Program-made: the position numbers and the translations under genes
Notes under the pieces: model-generated
What the model was told of the DNA's origin: nothing
The model's database searches: none
The model's input: only the letters and a program-made list of their open reading frames with translations
Part shown: positions 50,029 to 58,484 of the stretch, one piece after another
How the letters are laid out: each line of letters starts with the position of its first letter
How positions within the stretch are numbered: the first letter of the stretch is position 1
Assembly (NCBI GenBank): GCA_044226015.1
Contig: JBGAHS010000004.1
Location: 576,001-640,000 of the forward strand
Direction of reading: 5' to 3'
DNA: 64,000 nt
Source: Candidatus Obscuribacteraceae bacterium
Lineage (GTDB): Bacteria; Cyanobacteriota; Vampirovibrionia; Obscuribacterales; Obscuribacteraceae

Positions 50029-50046
50029 GCCAGGGAGAGCACTGAC

Positions 50047-50865
50047 TTGCCAGCCCGCGAAGACAGTCGGCAAAGCCGTTTTACTGTAAGTTCAGCGACG
50101 ATAGCTGAAACAGCGATGCTTGCTTTGATTATTCTTGCGCTATCAGGTCCGATGAGCGGTTTTATTGCTTGGACGCAAACCACCCTTTCCTCGATGATGA
50201 GCAAGGGAGCAACTCAGTATGAGTCGACTAAGAACCTTGCTGAAAAGCTTCTGGCAGACCGCGAGAAAATCAAAACTATCGAGAAAAAAGTCGCGGATCT
50301 CGAGTTGGAGAACACCAAGCTTCGACAAGAAGCGAAGGATGTTAATAAACTGCGTTCGTTGCTTTCATTGAAGCAGAGCATCAGTCGACAGACTGTCGGA
50401 GCTGATGTAACCGGCCGTAGCCCAGACAATTGGTTTGAGCAAGTTACTATCGACAAGGGAAGCAAGAACTCTACCATTCTCAATGGTTCGGCTGTCATCA
50501 CAGCTCAGGGTGTCGTAGGGCAAGTAGTAAAAGTCGAAGACAATACCAGTGTAGTTCGTCTCGTTACAGACCCGCAGCAAAATCTTGGTGTTGTGATTCA
50601 GCGCATAAACATTCCTGGTGCACTGAAGGGGAATTACAAGAATCCACCTATCGTCAAATATGTGCCAGTTGGTACAGCTGTTGATGTGGGTGACAAAATT
50701 GTTTGCACCGGTGATGGTGGCGTCTTCCCTCAGGGACATCCTGTGGGCACTGTAGCTTTAGTCAGGCGCGACACTAACGGAACAACGCTTGATATTGAAG
50801 TTAAACTTGCCGACAACCTGTACGATTTGACGCACGTGCTGGTTGTGCCACCAGTTGGAATTTAG
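50047..50865 (+). CDS. mreC: Rod shape-determining protein MreC
   Basis: TM helix plus coiled coil (LELENTKLR), IDKG, GVVGQV, GGVFP.G.PVG; operon position. Confidence 0.93.
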   Translation: MPAREDSRQSRFTVSSATIAETAMLALIILALSGPMSGFIAWTQTTLSSMMSKGATQYESTKNLAEKLLADREKIKTIEKKVADLELENTKLRQEAKDVNKLRSLLSLKQSISRQTVGADVTGRSPDNWFEQVTIDKGSKNSTILNGSAVITAQGVVGQVVKVEDNTSVVRLVTDPQQNLGVVIQRINIPGALKGNYKNPPIVKYVPVGTAVDVGDKIVCTGDGGVFPQGHPVGTVALVRRDTNGTTLDIEVKLADNLYDLTHVLVVPPVGI

Positions 50866-50883
50866 AAACGGAGGACGATAAAA

Positions 50884-51543
50884 ATGGCAATCGTCTCCAT
50901 GCGTTCTAAGCGAAGAGTCCTGGAAATCGCTGTTGCAGCATTCCTTTGTTTTCTGGCTTTCTTGATGCAGCTTTTGGCGCTGAACTATTTTGGTATTCAT
51001 GGCTCAATCTGCAACCTGCCTTTGACTTTGACGATTGTTTGGGGATTAGTCTTTGGCAGCAGTATGCGAAATTTGACTGCTGTTCAATTGCGAAAGAAAA
51101 GTTTTCGCGAGATTTTTTCGCACCAGCTTGCTTCAGGATCGCACAGTGCATTCCTGATCGGTTGGCTTTTTTCCTGGCTCTTTAATTCGATTATGCCTGT
51201 CTATCCAGTTTACTTTCCACTGACTGGTTGGATTTCAGGGTATTTTTGTTTGCGTGGTTTGGGTCAAGGTAATTTACTGGCGATTCCGATGACTTTCGTT
51301 CTGACGATTATTGCTGAAGCTCTGATGTCCTGGGAATTGTATCTGCTTTATCTTTTCTTTCATCAATCAGCAAAGCCAGATGAAATGATTCAGCAGTTCC
51401 ACATAGTGTTTGATCACCTCAATACATTTATTTTGCCTGAAGCACTTTTGAATTCAATTATTGCGCCGTTCATCTACATCCCGATGCGCTCATGGTACGA
51501 CGTTGTTGAAGGCGAACGCTCGTCTTTTTCTATCGATGACTGA
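50884..51543 (+). CDS. mreD: Rod shape-determining protein MreD
   Basis: Polytopic membrane protein between mreC and mrdA; RBS GGAGG. Confidence 0.75.
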   Translation: MAIVSMRSKRRVLEIAVAAFLCFLAFLMQLLALNYFGIHGSICNLPLTLTIVWGLVFGSSMRNLTAVQLRKKSFREIFSHQLASGSHSAFLIGWLFSWLFNSIMPVYPVYFPLTGWISGYFCLRGLGQGNLLAIPMTFVLTIIAEALMSWELYLLYLFFHQSAKPDEMIQQFHIVFDHLNTFILPEALLNSIIAPFIYIPMRSWYDVVEGERSSFSIDD

Positions 51544-51551
51544 GGTTTGTT

Positions 51552-53384
51552 ATGGTTGAGTCTGGGCTAAAGCAATCTAATTTTCCTCCGATTGAGCATG
51601 CTAAGTTCAAGATGTTCGTTTTGTTTTTCTGTGTTGGACTGGCGACTGTTGCGCTCAGTGCTCGCCTGGTTTGGTTGCAGATCGTGCAGAATAACTTTTA
51701 CAAAAACAGAGCGTTGGAGAATTCAACGCGCGTGACATTTTTGCGTGCGCCTCGCGGTATTTTATACGATCGCCATGGAACTATAATCGCTGCGAACAAG
51801 GAGACCCTGTCGCTGGTTGCAATTCCTCTGCAACTTGAAAATATTGATGATTTGAGCCGTCGGCTTTCACGCATTCTCGGTAATGTCACCGAGGCTGAAA
51901 TGAAGGAGCGCTTGGAGGTCGCAGCGCAGTCTGATTCGGTACTACCCGTAGTGATAGAACGCGACCTTGACCTGCGAACTGTTAGCGCATTTTACGACCA
52001 ACAATTCTTTCTCAATGGCGTAGATATTCTTCCGGACATTAGCCGAAACTATCCGCAGGGTGAATTGTTCTGCCACATTCTCGGATATTGTGGCGAAATC
52101 ACCGAGTCGCAATTGAAATTGCATCCCGAGCGAAAAATGGGAGATGTTGTTGGTCAGGAGGGCTGTGAGAAGTACTACGACCCTCAGCTTAGAGGCATCG
52201 ATGGTGAGCAGCGTATTCGGGTGAATGCATCCGGACGAACATTTTCTAAAGATACCGCACATCCTGTGGTCACTAAAGAAGCGCAACCGGGGTTGCCGAT
52301 TGTACTGTCTGTTGACGCTGAGTTGCAGGCTGCAGCAGCGCAGGCTCTGGGTGACCGTCATGGTGCGGTCGTCGCTTGTGACCCTCAGACTGGCGAGCTT
52401 CTGGCTTGTGTTTCTAACCCGAAGTTTGACCCTAATTGCTTCACTAGAAGAATCACACCTGCTGTCTGGAAAAAATTGAATGCACCAGACCACCCGCTCT
52501 TTAATCGTGCACTTTCTGGGTTCCCACCTGGATCTATCTGGAAAGCCATCACAATGCTAGCGGCTTTGCAATACAAAGTGGTGAAGCCTGATACGAAGTT
52601 GCACGTTAACGGTGGTCTTGCGTTGGGGAACTTTTTCTTTCACGATTGGACATCTACATCTGGATTGTTCGACCTCGTAAAATGTCTTGCCTGGTCACGA
52701 GACTCTGCTTTTTATCAGATGGCACTGCATATGACACCAGAGCAAATTCGTGAGTGGGGGCTGAAATTTGGTGCTGGCCGCCCCACTGGGATCGAACTAC
52801 CGCACGAGAGCACGGGTCTAGTGCCAGACTCTAAGTGGAAGGAACGAGTTTACGGAGAAAAGTGGTACCCGGGTAACACTTTGCACATGTCGATTGGACA
52901 GACATTTTTGCAGGTGACACCTATGCAAGCTTGCCGAATGTACGCGGGGCTTGGAATGAAGGGGAAAGTGCCAGACCTGCATTTGGTGATAAAGATTGGG
53001 GATAGACAGATTCCACCACCGCGCCAGGAAATCTTAAAAATAAAGCCTGAGTATATGAATGTTGTGTCCAATGGCTTGAAAGCAGTTGTTGCATCAGGAA
53101 CTGGTGGTGCCACCAGGTTGGGAAATGTGGAAGTAGCCGGTAAAACTGGTTCGGCTGAAGCCCCACCAGCTGGCAGTAAGACGCACGCTTGGTTTTGTTG
53201 TTATGCACCCGCAGATAATCCGCGAATTGCAATGTGCGCATTTGTTGAGCATGGTGGTCACGGTGGTACCGCGGCTGCTCCTATCGCGAAGGTCGTCTTG
53301 GAAAAATTCTTTGGAAAAGCGGATCCGAATGCGCCGCCGGCTGGTGCCTCTGCGCCTGCTCCGAAGAGAAGACGCCGCAGATAA
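51552..53384 (+). CDS. mrdA: Penicillin-binding protein 2
   Basis: APRG.I.DR.G, PGSIWK (SxxK), SRD (SxN/D), KTG.AE. Confidence 0.95.
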   Translation: MVESGLKQSNFPPIEHAKFKMFVLFFCVGLATVALSARLVWLQIVQNNFYKNRALENSTRVTFLRAPRGILYDRHGTIIAANKETLSLVAIPLQLENIDDLSRRLSRILGNVTEAEMKERLEVAAQSDSVLPVVIERDLDLRTVSAFYDQQFFLNGVDILPDISRNYPQGELFCHILGYCGEITESQLKLHPERKMGDVVGQEGCEKYYDPQLRGIDGEQRIRVNASGRTFSKDTAHPVVTKEAQPGLPIVLSVDAELQAAAAQALGDRHGAVVACDPQTGELLACVSNPKFDPNCFTRRITPAVWKKLNAPDHPLFNRALSGFPPGSIWKAITMLAALQYKVVKPDTKLHVNGGLALGNFFFHDWTSTSGLFDLVKCLAWSRDSAFYQMALHMTPEQIREWGLKFGAGRPTGIELPHESTGLVPDSKWKERVYGEKWYPGNTLHMSIGQTFLQVTPMQACRMYAGLGMKGKVPDLHLVIKIGDRQIPPPRQEILKIKPEYMNVVSNGLKAVVASGTGGATRLGNVEVAGKTGSAEAPPAGSKTHAWFCCYAPADNPRIAMCAFVEHGGHGGTAAAPIAKVVLEKFFGKADPNAPPAGASAPAPKRRRRR

Positions 53385-53387
53385 ACC

Positions 53388-53818
53388 GCTTGCGTAGATA
53401 AACACGAATCCGAACTGAAGCGGTACCGTTTGAGCAGTGGAACAGAAGCGGTACCGATTGCGTTGTGATTTGCCCTTGGCAGAAAAACCGTATGTGTAAG
53501 AAAACTGCTTGCGTAGATAAACACGAATCCGAACTGAAGCGGTACCGATTGAGCAGTGGAACTGAAGCGGTACCGCTTGCGTTGTGATTTGCCCTTGGCA
53601 GAAAAAACGTATGTGTAAGAAAACTGCTTGCGTAGATAAACACGAATCCGAACTGAAGCGGTACCGTTTGAGCAGTGGAACAGAAGCGGTACCGTTTGCG
53701 TTGTGATTTGCCCTTGGCAGAAAAAACGTATGAGTAGAAAAATCGCTTACGCACCTAAACATGAATCCGAACTGAAGCGGTACCGATTGCGTTGTGATTC
53801 GCTCTAGTCCGGAAAAAC
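53388..53818. repeat. Tandem array A: 119-bp unit x3 plus a shortened fourth copy, with 7 copies of GAAC[TA]GAAGCGGTACCG[TAC]TTG
   Basis: GCTT[GA]CG unit starts at 53388, 53507, 53626 and 53745; the array fills the convergent mrdA/dehydratase gap. Confidence 0.95.
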
Positions 53819-54811
53819 CTAGTTTCGGAGGTCCGCTGTACTCGCTCGTAATCGATCGCGCCAATAATTCAGCAAATCCTCTATCATCTGTTCGAATGTG
53901 TATTCTGGCTTCCACCCGGTGCAAGCTCGAAATTTCGAACTATCGCCTTCCAGCAACGGTACATCGCTTGGACGTAATCTTTCGGGATCAAGTTCAATCT
54001 GAATTTTCTTTGTGGATAGGCTCAATAGATAATCAACCAGTTCTTGTACGCTTCGACTCTGCCCGCTGGCGAGTACGTATGCTTCGCCGGGGTTGCAATG
54101 GTGCACTGCAAGCCAGTAGGCGCGAACTATGTCGCGAACGTCTGTCCAATCACGTTTAGCTGTTAGATTGCCAACTTTCAAAACTGGTTCGCGCAAACCA
54201 AGTTCGATTTCAGCGATTTGTTTTGCAAAGTTGCTAGTGACGAAGACTTCGCCGCGTCGCGGACCTTCGTGATTGAAGGTTCTCGTCCTAATAATTTTCA
54301 TGCCATAGCTTGCCCAGTACTGATATCCCATCATGTCTTGGGTTACTTTGCTTACTCCATACGGGCTGAGTGGGCGAAGTTCATTGCTTTCATTGATAGG
54401 CAACTCATGTTCCTTTACCATTCCGTACTCTTCTGAACTGCAAGCGAGTTGAATAACGGGTTCAAGACCGCTGAATCTAATTGCCTCAAGAAGATTCAAC
54501 TGCATCATCATATTGTCGGTAAGCGTTGCAGCCGGACTGCGCCAGGATTCAGGGACGTATGATTGTGCAGCAAGGTGAAAAACCATGTCAGGTTTTATGC
54601 GTTCTATGGTTTGGATAACTGCTGATGCATCCATTAGGTTGCAATCGACAAGCTCGATCTTATCCGCCAAATGCTTAACGTTGGCTAATGAGCTTCTCCA
54701 TCGCTTCGTCCCGAAAATTCTACTCTCACTGCTTTCTTTCAAAATAAAGTCGGCTAAGTGCGAGCCCGCCATGCCGGTTATTCCAGTGATAATGATATTT
54801 TTGCTAGCCAT
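53819..54811 (-). CDS. GDP-mannose 4,6-dehydratase / Rmd-like NAD(P)-dependent sugar epimerase-dehydratase
   Basis: GITGMAG, HLAAQSYV, SSEEYG, YGVSK, FNHEGPRRG, GNL...RDW.DVRD. Confidence 0.88.
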   Translation of the reverse strand: MASKNIIITGITGMAGSHLADFILKESSESRIFGTKRWRSSLANVKHLADKIELVDCNLMDASAVIQTIERIKPDMVFHLAAQSYVPESWRSPAATLTDNMMMQLNLLEAIRFSGLEPVIQLACSSEEYGMVKEHELPINESNELRPLSPYGVSKVTQDMMGYQYWASYGMKIIRTRTFNHEGPRRGEVFVTSNFAKQIAEIELGLREPVLKVGNLTAKRDWTDVRDIVRAYWLAVHHCNPGEAYVLASGQSRSVQELVDYLLSLSTKKIQIELDPERLRPSDVPLLEGDSSKFRACTGWKPEYTFEQMIEDLLNYWRDRLRASTADLRN

Positions 54812-55011
54812 GGATAGAGTTTCTGATCGGTAGGTCTTGGGGTATTCAAAAATTCTCTCTTAGCATAAAACCATAAAACAGCTTGACCTGACCCCATTGT
54901 TTTCTGCGTGAAAGCTAACTTTTCGCTTATACAGCTTCTCATCTTGTTATCTGACAAAAATTATTTGGAGGCAGATGCGATACTAAAAGTAATGAACAGA
55001 TAAGTGTGTGT

Positions 55012-57441
55012 ATGTTATCGGCTTCCAAGAATGGTGTTAATGTCATAGGCTTTTTGTCTACGACCAATGGAATTGGTCAGGCGGCGCGTGGCTATGCAAG
55101 AGCCTTCCAAAAACTATCCTGGAATGTGCAGTGTGGCGATATTTCTCTGACACCAGACACTCAAGAGCCTCTCGATTTCGAAACTCTTGATCCAAAGTCA
55201 GCTTCTAATCTGAATCTTATTGTTGCTAATCCTTTTCCAGTACAAATCTACGACATTGACAAACGGCTTGGATTTGACCTGCTAAAGCGTTCCTACAACA
55301 TTGGTTCTTGGTGGTGGGAAATTGATTCACCACCGCCTATGTCTTGGCATAAAGGTGCAGCAATATTCGATGAAATTTGGGCAGGCACAGATTTCGTCAA
55401 AAGCATTTTTGAGAAAAATTTTGAATTGCCAGTAAAAACGGTGCCACCACTGGTAGAGCTTTTCCCGAAAGCAAATTGTACGCGAGACCATTTTTCATGG
55501 GGAGAGGACGAAACAATTTTTCTGTTCCTCTGTGATTTTTTCAGCATTGCAGAGCGAAAGAATCCACTTAATTTGATAAAGGCATTTCGTTCGGCGTTTA
55601 GTAAGGACGAAAAAGCTCGACTTGTAATCAAAGTCATAAATGAAGCCGCGGATCTCCAATACTGGCAGGCAATGAGAGACGCCTGTGGCGATGCCAGGAT
55701 CTCGCTTGTAAACAAGAAACTGAGTCGTACAGATGTTGATAGCATGATGAATCTGGCAGATTGCTATGTCTCTTTGCACCGTGCCGAAGGTTTTGGTCTC
55801 ACCCTTGCTGAGTCTATGCTTGGTGCCAAGCCAGTTATAGCTACTGGTTACTCGGGCAACATGGACTTCATGAGTGAGGACAATTCCTATCTTGTTCCGT
55901 ACGAACTGGTAGAGATAGATCGTGAACACCGTCCGTACTCAAAAGGAAGCATCTGGGCTGAGCCGGATCCATTAATTGCGGGGCAATTGATGCGAGAGGT
56001 TTTTGAAAACCCTGAACGCGCAAGAGCCAAAGGGGAAAAAGCTCGCGAAGTCATTCGACAAAAATACTCATCGCAAGCTATTGCCGCAAGAATCAATGAG
56101 CTGGTTTCAGAAACGGATTATTCAATGTCTACAGGACGGTTTGGTAGAGCTGTGATGAACTTCAGCAGCTTCGAGCCGATAGTTGAAGAACGTGAGATTG
56201 TGCCTGATGTTCCGTTTGATCAGTCCGAAGCGGGTCTCGTTTCTGTCTGCTTACCTGTGTTTAACGGGAAGGATTATTTAAGAGAATCCGTAGAAAGCGT
56301 GCTTGCTCAGACCTACGACAATTTTGAGTTGTTGATTTCTGATGACGGTTCCACTGATGGTTCCTTGGAGATAATAAAAGGGTTTGCCCAAAAAGATAAA
56401 AGAATAAAATTCTGGCAGAACAAAACTCGTCTTGGTTTGTTCGAGAATTACAATCGCTGTATGCAAGTCGCCCGGGGCGAGTTTATAAAACCCTTTGCGC
56501 AGGATGATGTTCTGGATTCGAAGTTTCTCGGAAGAGCCGTGACGGCATTGCGTGCCGATCGCAATATCTCTCTTTTTGCGTCGCGTCGAGGGTTTATAAA
56601 CGAGGTCAACAATAAGTTGCAATCGGAAGATCTTGATCGTGCATATCGCTCCAAAATAGATCACGATGTTCCTGTGTCTGGATTCATGGCTGTGAAGCAG
56701 TGTTTCTTTCCTGTGATGAACAAGATTGGAGAGCCTGCAACTGTTATGTTTAGACGAGAATTTATTGGTGCTGGTTTTGATTCTTCTTTTCACCATACAG
56801 GAGATCTCGATTACTGGTTTCGACTTTTGCGAAATGGAAATTTCTTCGGAACCAGTGATGTGCTCTGCTATTTCCGTATGCATGGTTCATCGACAAGTAT
56901 CGGCAATATCAAGTCGCTGCTTTTTGCCCTCGATTTGATACGGCTCGGACGCAAGCATGAAATTACGCTAAAAAGAATGAAGCGATCGGTTGATGAATAT
57001 ATGGCACAAGAGCTAGCCAACATCGCGGGTGCTGTGCAAAATCTGACCGAGGGGGACTTGTTTTTTGGTGCTCAGGAGATAAGCAATTCCGGAAAGCATA
57101 TTGATCCGATAGAGTTTCGTGAACTTGCATTTCTGGCGTTCAGGCGCCCGGGACCGCCACCTTCACTGTACAAAGTTCTTTCGAAAATCGAGCCGCTTGA
57201 GCAAGAAATTCGTACTCTTTTGTCCAGTCCTAGTTGGAAGATTACGAAGCCATTACGTGATTTCAAAAAACGTTTTTTGTCGTCGGGAGCGCCTGAAATC
57301 ATCGGTGTTGATGAGGCTGCAGAATACGAAGCGTTCGATGAGCATGATTATTTTCTCTACCTCGCATCGTTGCGTACTGCGATTCTAAGCAGTGGTTCGT
57401 GGTCGATCACTTATCCACTTCGAAAGCTAAAAATTCTTTAG
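55012..57441 (+). CDS. Bifunctional glycosyltransferase (GT4-like plus GT2)
   Basis: ERKNP and LHRAEGFGL..AE (GT4); VSVCLPVFNG, DDGSTD, AQDD, GEP (GT2); C-terminal SxSWxITxPLR twice. Confidence 0.9.
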   Translation: MLSASKNGVNVIGFLSTTNGIGQAARGYARAFQKLSWNVQCGDISLTPDTQEPLDFETLDPKSASNLNLIVANPFPVQIYDIDKRLGFDLLKRSYNIGSWWWEIDSPPPMSWHKGAAIFDEIWAGTDFVKSIFEKNFELPVKTVPPLVELFPKANCTRDHFSWGEDETIFLFLCDFFSIAERKNPLNLIKAFRSAFSKDEKARLVIKVINEAADLQYWQAMRDACGDARISLVNKKLSRTDVDSMMNLADCYVSLHRAEGFGLTLAESMLGAKPVIATGYSGNMDFMSEDNSYLVPYELVEIDREHRPYSKGSIWAEPDPLIAGQLMREVFENPERARAKGEKAREVIRQKYSSQAIAARINELVSETDYSMSTGRFGRAVMNFSSFEPIVEEREIVPDVPFDQSEAGLVSVCLPVFNGKDYLRESVESVLAQTYDNFELLISDDGSTDGSLEIIKGFAQKDKRIKFWQNKTRLGLFENYNRCMQVARGEFIKPFAQDDVLDSKFLGRAVTALRADRNISLFASRRGFINEVNNKLQSEDLDRAYRSKIDHDVPVSGFMAVKQCFFPVMNKIGEPATVMFRREFIGAGFDSSFHHTGDLDYWFRLLRNGNFFGTSDVLCYFRMHGSSTSIGNIKSLLFALDLIRLGRKHEITLKRMKRSVDEYMAQELANIAGAVQNLTEGDLFFGAQEISNSGKHIDPIEFRELAFLAFRRPGPPPSLYKVLSKIEPLEQEIRTLLSSPSWKITKPLRDFKKRFLSSGAPEIIGVDEAAEYEAFDEHDYFLYLASLRTAILSSGSWSITYPLRKLKIL

Positions 57442-57563
57442 TAGGCATTCCGACCGGCTCCGAGCTTAGATGCAGACGGACGTCCACTCCAGGAGCCAGA
57501 TTCCGGACCCGGACCCGGATCTGCATCAAGTCCAGGAGCCAGATTGCCATCCAGACCAAGATC

Positions 57564-58350
57564 GGTAGCGTTTTAGTTTCCGGGAAAATCTGCGCGCCTT
57601 GTGGCGCAGAAAAACAGGAGAACTAAACCGGTACCGTTTGAGTTTCCGGGAAAATCTGCGCGCCTTGTGGCGTAGAAAAACAGGAGAACTAAACCGGTAC
57701 CGTTTGAGTTTCCGGGAAAATCTGCGCGCCTTTGGGTGCAGAAAAACAGGAGAACTAAACCGGTACCGTTTGAGTTTCCGGGAAAATCTGCGCGCCTTGT
57801 GGCGCAGAAAAACAAGAGAACTAAACCGGTACCGTTTGAGCTTCCGGGAAAATCTGCGCGCCTTGTGGTGCAGAAAAACAAGAGAACTAAACCGTTACCG
57901 TTTGAGTTTCCGGGAAATCTGCGCGCCTTGTGGCGCAGAAAAACAAGAGAACTAAACCGTTACCGTTTGAGTTTCCGGGAAAATCTGCGCGCCTTGTGGC
58001 GCAGAAAAACAGGAGAACTAAACCGGTACCGTTTGAGTTGCCGGGAAAATCTGCGCGCCTTCGGGTGCAGAAAAACAGGAGAACTAAACCGGTACCGTTT
58101 GAGTTTCCGGGAAAATCTGCGCGCCTTCGGGTGCAGAAAAACAGGAGAACTAAACCGGTACCGTTTGAGTTTCCGGGAAAATCTGCGCGCTATGTGGCGC
58201 AGAAAAACAAGAGAACTAAACCGGTACCGTTTGAGTTTCCGGGAAAATCTGCGCGCCTTGTGGCGCAGAAAAACAAGAGAACTAAACCGTTACCGTTTGA
58301 GTTTTCGGAAAAATCTGCGCGCCTTCTGGCGCAGAAATACATGAGAACTA
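57564..58350. repeat. Tandem array B: 66-bp unit x~12, palindrome-rich
   Basis: Unit AGTTTCCGGGAAAATCTGCGCGCCTTGTGGCGCAGAAAAACA[GA]GAGAACTAAACCGGTACCGTTTG; GAACTAAACCG at 57620, 57686, 57752, 57818, 57884, 57949, 58015, 58081, 58147, 58213 and 58279. Confidence 0.97.
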
Positions 58351-58484
58351 CAGTGGACCAGGATCCGGATCGGCATCCATCGGATAGCCCCCAAAGCATT
58401 GGTACATAAAACTTTCTCAAGATGCAAATAGGCTGGTCTAGCTATACTTATAGTTCAGTTTTAAGACCTGTTTAGTCGGAGTTA

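Noticed and set aside
53094..53924. Minus-strand ORFs over array A (276, 157 and 88 aa)
   Set aside because: The 119-bp unit changes frame each copy, and the ORFs overlap mrdA antisense.
57564..58350. CRISPR array
   Set aside because: The units are contiguous near-identical 66-mers with no unique spacers, and no cas genes are in the window.
57573..58420. ORFs across array B (57573..57881, 57599..57955, 57736..58344, 57930..58409, 58190..58420)
   Set aside because: A 66-bp unit leaves several frames open on both strands, and a 1-bp deletion near 57915 shifts the frame without consequence; these are repeat artefacts.
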